In this document: positions 47,873 to 56,164 of the stretch, in pieces
Layout: each line of letters starts with the position of its first letter
Numbering within the stretch: position 1 is the stretch's first letter
NCBI GenBank assembly: GCA_963806185.1
Contig: CAWDXE010000003.1
Span: 128,001 to 192,000 of the forward strand
DNA: 64,000 nt
Reading direction: 5' to 3'
Source: an uncultured candidate division Zixibacteria bacterium
GTDB taxonomy: Bacteria; Zixibacteria; MSB-5A5; GN15; FEB-12
The notes under the pieces: model-generated
Told to the model about the DNA's origin: nothing
What the model saw: the letters and a program-made list of their open reading frames with translations, nothing else
Databases searched by the model: none
Program-made: the position numbers and the translations under genes

Positions 47873-49303
47873 CTAGTACAGGTTGTACTTGGCGATTCGG
47901 TCTCTAAGGGTATTGCGGGAGATGCCCAGGGTCTCAGAGGTCTTGACCTGATTCCCTTCGTAATGTTTGAGGCACGAGGCGATAACTGCTCGCTCCAGCG
48001 CGGATTCGAGGAAATGGTAAATCTGGCCCGGCGAGTTGGTAATCAGCTTGGGCATGATCGGATCGACGATTTTGCGGAAGGTTTCCGTGTAATCGTCCTG
48101 CAGGGTCGTCAGATCGAGTTCGAGTTTCGGTGAGCCCTCGGAGAGGCTTGGGAAATCCTCCGGCTGGAGGGAATCGTTCTTGGACATGACCATGGCCGTG
48201 TGCACGTTGTTTTCCAGTTCGCGCACGTTGCCGGGCCAGCCGTACTTGGTCAATGCCAGGCTCGCCTTCTTGGAAATCTGTTTCGGCGCCACGCCCAGTT
48301 GCTGAGAGAATCTGTTGCGGAAATAATCGGCCAGCAGCGGAATGTCGCCTTTGCGATCGCGAAGCGGCGGAATGAAGATCGACACTACTTTGAGACGATA
48401 GAACAAGTCGACGCGGAAGGACCCTTCCTTCATGGCCTGCACCAGTGACTTGTTGGTCGCTGCAATGATGCGGACATCGACTTTGATGGACTCGTTGCCG
48501 CCCACGCGCTCGAAGCGTTTGTCCTGAAGCACGCGGAGGAGCTTGGACTGAGTCAGCATGGTCATGTCGCCGATTTCATCGAGGAACAACGTTCCTTCGT
48601 TGGCCTGCTCAAACTTGCCGATCCGCTTATAGTACGCGCCGGTAAAGGCCCCCTTTTCGTGACCAAACAACTCGGATTCGAGCAAAGTTTCGGGCAGAGC
48701 CGCACAATTGACCGACAGGAAGGCGTTTCCTTTGCGCTTGGAATTGCGATGGATTGCTCTGGCAACCAGTTCTTTGCCGGTGCCGGATTCTCCAAAGATC
48801 AGCACGGCCGCATCGGTCTTTGAAACTTGCCCGATAAGCTTGGCGATTTCGACGATCTCGGGAGAGGTGCCAACTATTTCATCGACACCGGGCGGCGGAG
48901 CATCCGATTTCACGGACGGCAAGGCCACGGGCAACGGATGAGCAAAGCCGCAGGCCTTGTTAACCGTATCGATCAGCTTATTGATCTCGAATGGCTTGGT
49001 GAGATACTCGTACGCTCCCTCCCGCATCGCCTCCATCGCGTTTTCAGTGGAGACGAAGCCGGAGATCATGATCACCGGAACCTGATCCTGAGCGGCTTTG
49101 ATTTGCTTCAGGACGTCGAGTCCCGACATAGTCGGCAGGTTGACGTCAAGCATCACGAGATCGACCTCCTTGTTGTCGGTCAGGTAGTCGCGTACGTTCT
49201 GACCGTCTTCAAGGAAGTCAAATGTGAACTTGTCCGAGTCGAAGAGGTTAGCCAGCGACCGGGACACTTCCTTATCGTCATCAACCAACAGTATTCGCTT
49301 CAT
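47873..49303 (-). CDS. Sigma54-dependent response regulator (NtrC/AtoC family)
   Basis: Receiver (LLVDDD, LDVNLP, YLTKPF), GESGTGKE, ESELFGHEKGAFTGA, LFLDEI, WPGNVREL, Fis-type HTH LGISRNTL. Confidence 0.95.
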   Translation of the reverse strand: MKRILLVDDDKEVSRSLANLFDSDKFTFDFLEDGQNVRDYLTDNKEVDLVMLDVNLPTMSGLDVLKQIKAAQDQVPVIMISGFVSTENAMEAMREGAYEYLTKPFEINKLIDTVNKACGFAHPLPVALPSVKSDAPPPGVDEIVGTSPEIVEIAKLIGQVSKTDAAVLIFGESGTGKELVARAIHRNSKRKGNAFLSVNCAALPETLLESELFGHEKGAFTGAYYKRIGKFEQANEGTLFLDEIGDMTMLTQSKLLRVLQDKRFERVGGNESIKVDVRIIAATNKSLVQAMKEGSFRVDLFYRLKVVSIFIPPLRDRKGDIPLLADYFRNRFSQQLGVAPKQISKKASLALTKYGWPGNVRELENNVHTAMVMSKNDSLQPEDFPSLSEGSPKLELDLTTLQDDYTETFRKIVDPIMPKLITNSPGQIYHFLESALERAVIASCLKHYEGNQVKTSETLGISRNTLRDRIAKYNLY

Positions 49304-49502
49304 GTTTTCACGCACCCTTGGCAGTATATCTCGTGTATCGGCGCGGCCGGCCGTTTTTGTAGAGGATTTTTGAACAGGGGGTGCAAAAATCAAACGATAT
49401 CAGGAGGAATTTCGGACTAGACTGCCCCGACGTCAGCTCGGGACCCCGGCAATGAAACAGATGAAACAGTTGTCGATGAATAAGTGAGGCAATGATTCGA
49501 CA

Positions 49503-50360
49503 CTAATCGGCGTCGACAAAGGTCAGATATCGAGCAGCGATACCTATCCAGAGAAAGTTGGCGACCATCTCGATGACCAGGCCACCCAGGATGATCCAGT
49601 ACATCAGTTCAGGGCGAAAAGTGCTGACAACACGATCAGAATAGGTATTGATGATTGAGATAATCATCGGACCGGAGACCACCAAAACGGTGAAAACCAG
49701 CGTGGTGAAGGGCTTGCGGAAGAACAGCCGAAAGGAGAGGCCGATTGCCGAAAGCGCATTTACTCGCTTCACGGCCACCGCCGCGATACTGTAGAAAAAC
49801 GGCGCAATCACCAGAGTTAGGAAGCCCGGCATGAGCAGGGCGGAGAAGATGAATACTCGCTTGGGACTATAAAGCTTATTCTGGATCAGATCGGGAATGA
49901 CCAAGCCCAGAACAGTCGTCAGGGCGTTCAAGACAATCCAGGCTATGGCCAATTGCAGCCAGAGCGGTCGCGCCCGGCGAAAGGCATCGGACAAGCGGGA
50001 ATCGCCATTTTCCGAAAACACGTCTACGAACAGCATGGCCAGGGTGCCCAGTATGATACCCTCGACGAAGATACCAATCAGCAGTTTTGCCCAACCGAAA
50101 TACTGTCCAAGAAAATAGAAATGGCCAGGATAATGAAAGAACGGCTCAGGGTTGAGACCAAGGGGCGAGGCTACGAGCTGCACCCACGCCTTGACGACCG
50201 GATAGAAGATCGGCAGAAGAAACGCGTAATGGGCGTACAGGACGGTGACCAACAACGCGAAATACAGGCCCAGCAACAACCAGATTCGCCAGCGCCCCAG
50301 CTGCCGGAGAGTATCCAACAGAAGGGTGAAAAAGAGATTGATTGTATCAACAAGCCCCAT
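49503..50360 (-). CDS. Hypothetical integral membrane protein
   Basis: About 6 hydrophobic helices; 15 nt downstream of the Fn3 lipoprotein gene. Confidence 0.75.
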   Translation of the reverse strand: MGLVDTINLFFTLLLDTLRQLGRWRIWLLLGLYFALLVTVLYAHYAFLLPIFYPVVKAWVQLVASPLGLNPEPFFHYPGHFYFLGQYFGWAKLLIGIFVEGIILGTLAMLFVDVFSENGDSRLSDAFRRARPLWLQLAIAWIVLNALTTVLGLVIPDLIQNKLYSPKRVFIFSALLMPGFLTLVIAPFFYSIAAVAVKRVNALSAIGLSFRLFFRKPFTTLVFTVLVVSGPMIISIINTYSDRVVSTFRPELMYWIILGGLVIEMVANFLWIGIAARYLTFVDAD

Positions 50361-50375
50361 GCTAGTTCCGGACCC

Positions 50376-51899
50376 TCACTTGCTGATCTGAATCGTGTTT
50401 GAGCCACTCGCCAAGCCATGCCGGTCAAAGACAAAAACGCGATAATAGACGGTTGGCAATTCGGCAGCATTATTGGAGACCGAGGTAGTTGCTTGCGAGT
50501 TAATGAGGCTGATAAGCTGTCCGTTGAGAGTATCGACCGGCGACGAAGTTCGGCGATAGACCCGATACGATCTGAAATCGCTGTCACCATTCTCCGACCA
50601 GGAGAGATCGACGGTCGCCGTATCGGACAATGCGCCGGCCAGTACCACGGGCGTCGGGGGCGTATTCACCAGCGTGGTGGCACTGTCGACATTCGAGGCA
50701 GCCGATGCGCCGGTGCCGGCAATGGCAAACACCTTGTAGAAGTACTTGGTGTTATCGGTGAGGGACGTGTCGGTGTAACTGAGCGAGGAACCGGCGGCAA
50801 CCGAAGTCACCAGGGTCGACGCGTTGGTAACATTGCGCTGAATATCGCGATACAGACGATAGAATTCGATATTACCGGATGGTGATTCGCTCCAGCCTAT
50901 CCTGATTTCGAAGGTGGACAATGCTTCAGGCTTGTTCAACTTGGGCGCCTGGGGGGCGGGTTGAATGTTGAGGGGAACAGTACTGGAGCGGACGAGCGCC
51001 GTATTACCGGCCGCATCGGTAAAGGTCCCGGACACCAGCTGATTGGATACGACGATATTCACCGGCACGACGTAAGTAGCGGCATAGGTGCCGTCATCAG
51101 CCGTCAGGTCACCGTCGGTTCCGTCATCATATAGAGAATAGTCCTGAACCTCGCCGAAGCTCACCGAGGCCGCACCACCTACTTCACTGGCGGCTACCAT
51201 GAAGATGATAATATCACCGGCGCTGAAAACCAGGCCGGGTGGCTGGAACGAAACGGAGTCGATAGTCGCCTTGGTGTCAAGCGTGATGTCGTCAGTGATC
51301 GTTCCCGTCGACAGCCCGCCGTCAGCAAACAAAAATCGTGCGTAGACGTGCTTCACGCCGTCGGCGGAGGATAGTGTAAAGGGACGGGAGGAAGCGAAAT
51401 TCATCGCCTGCACGCCGGCAAACGTACTGTCTTCGGAAAGATACACGTGCGTGGCGTTGACCGCGGTCAAGGCGATATTAACATCATGCGTGCGCGTGTA
51501 CGGGGCGGCATCCTCAATGGTAATGCCGAGCAGAGGCAGGCGAGTGGTCACCGGAGTAGCCCGCAGACCCTCGATCTTATCGGAGCCAACGGCCGCTACA
51601 GTGAAGGCATACGTGCGATTGTACTGCAGACCGGTGATGGTGATCGTGCGGGCAGCCGTCGAGTCACGCAGGACATAATTGTCTTCGGTGGAATCACCCA
51701 CATAAACGCGGTACCGGCTGACGGCTGCCGCGTCCGAGATCTCCCAGCTCAATGTGACGGCCTGCTGGCCATAGCCGAGGCCGAGATTGTAGGGGGTCGG
51801 AGGCGGATCCGGCAATACGTCCGGATCGCCGACTTTTCGACTGCAACTCGACAGACCGAGTATTAGAAGGGAACAAGAAATGACTATGGTACGACGCAT
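50376..51899 (-). CDS. Lipoprotein with fibronectin type III repeats and an acidic LYDDG..GD..ADDG.Y motif
   Basis: Lipobox LSSC; Fn3 signatures (LSW...Y.V, GL..N.TY.F.V.A; L..NTKYFYKV); GGAGG RBS. Confidence 0.82.
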   Translation of the reverse strand: MRRTIVISCSLLILGLSSCSRKVGDPDVLPDPPPTPYNLGLGYGQQAVTLSWEISDAAAVSRYRVYVGDSTEDNYVLRDSTAARTITITGLQYNRTYAFTVAAVGSDKIEGLRATPVTTRLPLLGITIEDAAPYTRTHDVNIALTAVNATHVYLSEDSTFAGVQAMNFASSRPFTLSSADGVKHVYARFLFADGGLSTGTITDDITLDTKATIDSVSFQPPGLVFSAGDIIIFMVAASEVGGAASVSFGEVQDYSLYDDGTDGDLTADDGTYAATYVVPVNIVVSNQLVSGTFTDAAGNTALVRSSTVPLNIQPAPQAPKLNKPEALSTFEIRIGWSESPSGNIEFYRLYRDIQRNVTNASTLVTSVAAGSSLSYTDTSLTDNTKYFYKVFAIAGTGASAASNVDSATTLVNTPPTPVVLAGALSDTATVDLSWSENGDSDFRSYRVYRRTSSPVDTLNGQLISLINSQATTSVSNNAAELPTVYYRVFVFDRHGLASGSNTIQISK

Positions 51900-51916
51900 A
51901 GTTGCGAGAGACCTCC

Positions 51917-52708
51917 TCAGAAATGCGCGGTGAATGCGATTTTGACACCTTGCAGGTTGGGGTCGGGAGCGATCGACACCTCGTTGCCTTTGATGTTGAA
52001 AGTGCCCGTTTGTTCGGGTGAGAACAGTAGTGCGTCAATGACGTTTAGGGCCCAGACCCCGGCCACGGCGCCGATGGTAATACGGCGTACGTCCTCAGCA
52101 TCCCGGGCCTCACTGTTGGCTGATTTCACCTGTCCCTGCAATCTTTCCAGTTCCGTATATGATGCCCCTTTGTCGAGCGCCTTCTGGTAATCCGCCTGGC
52201 GGGTCTCGTAGGTGTCAAATTTGTCGTTGAAATCACTGTTCGCGATGAGGAATGCAGCCACTGAAGAAGCGGCGAGAAAATGAAAGAGGACACCCTTCCC
52301 GGAGTGATCCATATAACGCTGGCCCCAGCCCGGGATGACAAGAGATCGAAGGGCCGCTTTGGCGCGCGTCTTGGGTGAAAGCCTGACATCGAAGTTCATG
52401 TCCCGAGTGGGATCGACGGTCAGCCGCGTCGTGAACCTTTCATACCCATATTTGCGCACCACCATTTTGTATTCGCCCACTAATGGGAATCGAAATGTGG
52501 TGGGGGTCACGCCTGTGATTTCGGCCTGGCCCTGCAAAATGACCTCCGCGCCGGGAGGAGTCGACGTAACGGTCAAAGATCCGGGGCCGGCTGAAGCGGG
52601 AGAAGTCTGGGCGAACGCAATAATTGGAGCAAAAAAGACAGCGACCATACAGGCCGTGAATTTCCGTTTCACCAAGCACACATCCTTTGTTATTTCATTA
52701 CGATTCAC
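51917..52708 (-). CDS. PEGA domain protein with C-terminal DUF5683-like region
   Basis: GSLTVTSTPPGAEV...GVTP...G.Y...K.GY (PEGA); A.LRSLVIPGWGQ.Y; C-terminal Phe. Confidence 0.8.
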   Translation of the reverse strand: MNRNEITKDVCLVKRKFTACMVAVFFAPIIAFAQTSPASAGPGSLTVTSTPPGAEVILQGQAEITGVTPTTFRFPLVGEYKMVVRKYGYERFTTRLTVDPTRDMNFDVRLSPKTRAKAALRSLVIPGWGQRYMDHSGKGVLFHFLAASSVAAFLIANSDFNDKFDTYETRQADYQKALDKGASYTELERLQGQVKSANSEARDAEDVRRITIGAVAGVWALNVIDALLFSPEQTGTFNIKGNEVSIAPDPNLQGVKIAFTAHF

Positions 52709-52827
52709 TTACTTGATGCGTAGGGGGAAGTTAGACTTTTTCAACAATTGGGACAAGCTAAATCTGGCCAAAAAAAGAACCACGCTCGCAGCGTGGCTCT
52801 GGAAAATTCTGTTTACGTCGCCGGCAA

Positions 52828-53763
52828 TTAGCAGGCGCCTCGGCCGGTAAAGACGACCACCACTGTACGCATCAGGATTCGGATATCGGATACAACCGAC
52901 CAGGTCCGAATGTAATGCAGGTCGAAGCGGACTTTTTCGGCGACACTGGCCAAGGAGGTATCGTAGCCGTTTTCAACCTGGGCCAAACCGGTCAGGCCGG
53001 GCTTGACCATCAGGCGGTGCGGGTATTCATCAATCTTTGTGGCCAGCTCTCGCACGAAGGAGGGGCGTTCCGGGCGCGGGCCGACGAGCGACATATCCCC
53101 CTTGAGGACACTGATGAACTGCGGGATTTCGTCAAGACGCGCCTTGCGCATGAACCGCCCGAAACGCGTGATGCGCGGATCGTTCTTGCTGGCCCAGACA
53201 GGGCCGGAAACCTTCTCGGCATCCTGCACCATAGTACGAAACTTAATCATGGTGAAAGGCTTGCCGAAGAAATCTTCGTGGCGGCGATCGGCATCACGTC
53301 GGTTTTCAGCGCCGGTCTTTTGGCACATACGCCGATCGTTCTTGCGACGATTTACGCCCACCCGGGCCTGGGTATAAAATACGGGGCCTCGCGAATCGAG
53401 CTTGATCAATATCGGCAGGACAAGGAAGAAAGGAATCGACAGCAGCAGTCCCACTGTCGCGCCCAGAATATCCAACGTACGTTTCATTCCGCGACCAATA
53501 GCAGCTATGAGGCCTCCCTGACGAGTAATCCAGACAGGGACGGCCAGAATGTATACAGTCGAGAGAAGAATAAACAGCAGACCCGACAACTCGCCAAGCA
53601 AAAACTTGGCGCGATCAGCCAGACCGGCAGGAGCAATTACAACGGGAGTTCGGAGACGCGCGGCATCCACTCCGACCGCCGAGCCGTAATGTGCGTGCTG
53701 GGCGTTAAGAGCGACAGAGTGTTCGTTACCAAGACTCAGGTTGTCAGTATTATGATTCATCAA
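52828..53763 (-). CDS. Priming sugar transferase (phosphoglycosyl transferase, WcaJ/WbaP catalytic domain)
   Basis: KRTLDI, IKLDS.GPVFY.Q.RVG, KFRTM, DPRITRFG.FMRK.RLDEIPQ, GDMSLVGPRPERP, VKPGLTGLAQV. Confidence 0.93.
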   Translation of the reverse strand: MMNHNTDNLSLGNEHSVALNAQHAHYGSAVGVDAARLRTPVVIAPAGLADRAKFLLGELSGLLFILLSTVYILAVPVWITRQGGLIAAIGRGMKRTLDILGATVGLLLSIPFFLVLPILIKLDSRGPVFYTQARVGVNRRKNDRRMCQKTGAENRRDADRRHEDFFGKPFTMIKFRTMVQDAEKVSGPVWASKNDPRITRFGRFMRKARLDEIPQFISVLKGDMSLVGPRPERPSFVRELATKIDEYPHRLMVKPGLTGLAQVENGYDTSLASVAEKVRFDLHYIRTWSVVSDIRILMRTVVVVFTGRGAC

Positions 53764-53820
53764 TATCCCTAAATTACCAGGTCAGTCGGAGTGCTTTCAT
53801 CTCGTACGCGGCCAAGAAAA

Positions 53821-53837
53821 AGCAAAGCCATTGCCAA
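53821..53837 (-). promoter_or_regulatory. Sigma54 (-24/-12) promoter of the sugar transferase operon
   Basis: Minus strand TTGGCAATGGCTTTGCT, GG-N10-GC spacing, 58 nt upstream of the start codon. Confidence 0.65.
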
Positions 53838-53857
53838 GTGCCCAAGATTCTGGATCA

Positions 53858-53870
53858 AATCAGGATCTTG
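53858..53870. promoter_or_regulatory. IHF-like site
   Basis: AATCAGGATCTTG matches WATCARNNNNTTR, just upstream of the -24 element. Confidence 0.4.
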
Positions 53871-54129
53871 CTCAAACAATTTTGTGGACAGGTAAGATGT
53901 TGTACGATAGCGCATTATTCCCTAATCATCACCCACAAGGTCGACGTGGAATCATGATACTGGCGCTGGAGGAGCCCTCGGAACATGGTGTGGGGGGGTG
54001 ATCCGCACAAATGTTGCAAGCGCTTGCGCAAATCTTTGCATTGTCGGCGGACGCGAGTAACCTCCGTTGCAAACCAGAAAAAAGTGGGCTTAGGCGAGCC
54101 CACTTATCCATAACATCGTGTATCCGGAT

Positions 54130-55068
54130 TTAGAAACGGAAGGCCAATGAGAAGCGATGCAGCTCTTCGGAAAGCTGCTGATCACCAAGCGTGAAGGCAT
54201 AGTCGATACCGGCGTTGCCGAGCTTCACACCAGCACCGAGGGAGAATCCGGAGCCGAGCGAACGTCCATCCTGGCTGGGATGAAGTCCGACGCCACCGCG
54301 AACGAAATATTGATCCCGGAAGCCGACTTCGACACCCTGATGGACGGTGAGGTCACCGTAAAACGACTTGTTGATTTCAAGCGCGGCGAGCACGTTATCA
54401 CCAAACGGCGTCACACCGATACCCAACCGTACTTCGGAGGGGAGTTTCTCCGACTCTTGATCGAATTTCAGACTGGAGCCGACGTTGCTGACGGCACCCG
54501 CCAGCACCACGCGACCGGCCGAATATTTGAACCCAAAATCACCGGCAAAGCCGACCGCGGAATAGGTGGCCAGCTTCTGGGTGATCACTTTACCCGTTAC
54601 GCCGATTGTCATCCGGTCGCTGACAGCGTAGCCGACAGAGACGCCTCCCGCCATGTCGTACGCGGAGATATCGCCCGTAGAAACGCCGGCGTCATCGTAT
54701 CCATCGATCTTGCCATAGTTCACATATGTGATGGCGAAGCCCAAGCCGACGCGATCAGATACTGGTATGGCCATCGCCCCTTGCTCAAGAGAAATGTCCT
54801 GGTACCAGAGGAAATGGCTCAGCGCGACTTCCTTACGATCCAGTTGAGCCAGACCGGCCGGATTCCAGTACGCGGCATAGGCACCCTCAGAAACGGCAGT
54901 GAAGGCCCCGCCAAAACCGGCTGACCTGGCACCGTAGCCCACGGTCAGGAAATCGGCAGCGGTTTGCCCGGCATTCGAAGCGGCAAATGAGACTCGGCCA
55001 AAGCAAGCAACGAGTATGAGCAGAATCGCCCAACTCACGAGTATTCTATTGATTGTCCGCTTTTGCAT
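54130..55068 (-). CDS. PorV/PorQ (UPF0164)-family outer-membrane beta-barrel
   Basis: FL.VG.GARS.GFGGAFTAV....A.YWNPAGLA, SH..W..DI, C-terminal HRFSLAFRF. Confidence 0.85.
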   Translation of the reverse strand: MQKRTINRILVSWAILLILVACFGRVSFAASNAGQTAADFLTVGYGARSAGFGGAFTAVSEGAYAAYWNPAGLAQLDRKEVALSHFLWYQDISLEQGAMAIPVSDRVGLGFAITYVNYGKIDGYDDAGVSTGDISAYDMAGGVSVGYAVSDRMTIGVTGKVITQKLATYSAVGFAGDFGFKYSAGRVVLAGAVSNVGSSLKFDQESEKLPSEVRLGIGVTPFGDNVLAALEINKSFYGDLTVHQGVEVGFRDQYFVRGGVGLHPSQDGRSLGSGFSLGAGVKLGNAGIDYAFTLGDQQLSEELHRFSLAFRF

Positions 55069-55108
55069 TGCATCCCCTTCCCTGCGTCACTGTTTTGCCC
55101 AGAATTAT

Positions 55109-55124
55109 TGCAATGCCAGTGCCG
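55109..55124 (-). promoter_or_regulatory. Sigma54 (-24/-12) promoter of the PorV-like gene
   Basis: Minus strand CGGCACTGGCATTGCA, GG-N10-GC spacing, 41 nt upstream of ATG. Confidence 0.65.
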
Positions 55125-55586
55125 GAAGGGGACGTTTGAGAGGATACTTGCGGCCTGACCATCCAGTGTCCAACGTCCATGCTACCTATTGCCGTCCAAT
55201 GGCTTGGGAATCTCGGAGAAATCGCTGAGGGATGGCTCCGGCCGATTCCCGATTGCCTATGCTGCCCGCTTTGGCAGTCGTTTGTTCAGTCGGGCATCAG
55301 CAGGACCCGCGAGTAGGCTCGTCGACTCCCCTAGTACCTTGGTGGATTGACAGTTAGTCGACCCTGTGCGAACCTTGCCCAACTTATTCGTATTGTCGGA
55401 AGAATGACCACCTTGCTTAGCCCGATTATGGCCATCTCCCCACACAATTTTTGCAGGGGAGCATAGACAAACACTGCGGACAAAGCAACAAAAACAGACC
55501 GAAAAGTCGTGAAAAGTACGTCTTGATGGGTATTCGGGGGGGGGGAAGATGCTTACGGGACGCCAAGGGCGAATCGGAGAGTGGAT

Positions 55587-56009
55587 CTAACTAGTCTTAG
55601 TTGGCTTGCGCTGCTTGGGCAACCAGTTCTCTTTGATGTATTTCTCAGCTTCGGCCATCGTCCGGAAAGTCATGGCCACTTCCTTTACGCCCCCCTTGGC
55701 GAACATCTGATTGAGTTGACGAAAGGTGGACGAATTGTTGAGCACATAGATTGACAAGGCACAATCGTTCTTCACCGACCAATCCATATGCTTGCCGATG
55801 ACATCAACGACTTCGGGGTAAGAGGTTTTCCAATTCGAGAGATCGATCAGCTTCGCCCACGGTTTACCAAGCAACGGTTGAAGGGCTGCCTTGAAGTCGG
55901 CATGGTACGATTCGGCCGCATCTTCTTTCCAGAGTCCGAAGATCTTGGCGTAGATGATCTGGTTGTCGGTGTCGACATCGATGGAGTATTCGAGGCGCCA
56001 GCTTGTCAT
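55587..56009 (-). CDS. Hypothetical protein, possibly STAS/SpoIIAA-like
   Basis: Y.I.VD....IIY.KIFGLW...LIDLSNWK...F.TM.EAE.YI pattern; start at MTSWRL. Confidence 0.65.
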   Translation of the reverse strand: MTSWRLEYSIDVDTDNQIIYAKIFGLWKEDAAESYHADFKAALQPLLGKPWAKLIDLSNWKTSYPEVVDVIGKHMDWSVKNDCALSIYVLNNSSTFRQLNQMFAKGGVKEVAMTFRTMAEAEKYIKENWLPKQRKPTKTS

Positions 56010-56164
56010 ATTCTCAGCCGTTGCTAGTGTGCTATTCGATTGTAGAGAATGTCCCGCCCGATGAGGACAACATAGAGTGATGAGCTGCAGTGCGCAAGCG
56101 AAAATTGCAGCCCGCCCGTCGCCCCGGCCCATTTCCCGGGCCTGGGCGACGTCAGTTTCGAACA

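Noticed and set aside
52770..52790. Third sigma54 promoter before the PEGA gene (TTGGCCAGATTTAGCT)
   Set aside because: GG-to-GC spacing is 9 nt, not the required 10.
55536..55545. G10 tract as a phase-variation switch
   Set aside because: Intergenic and not within a recognisable promoter. Homopolymer lengths are unreliable in this assembly.
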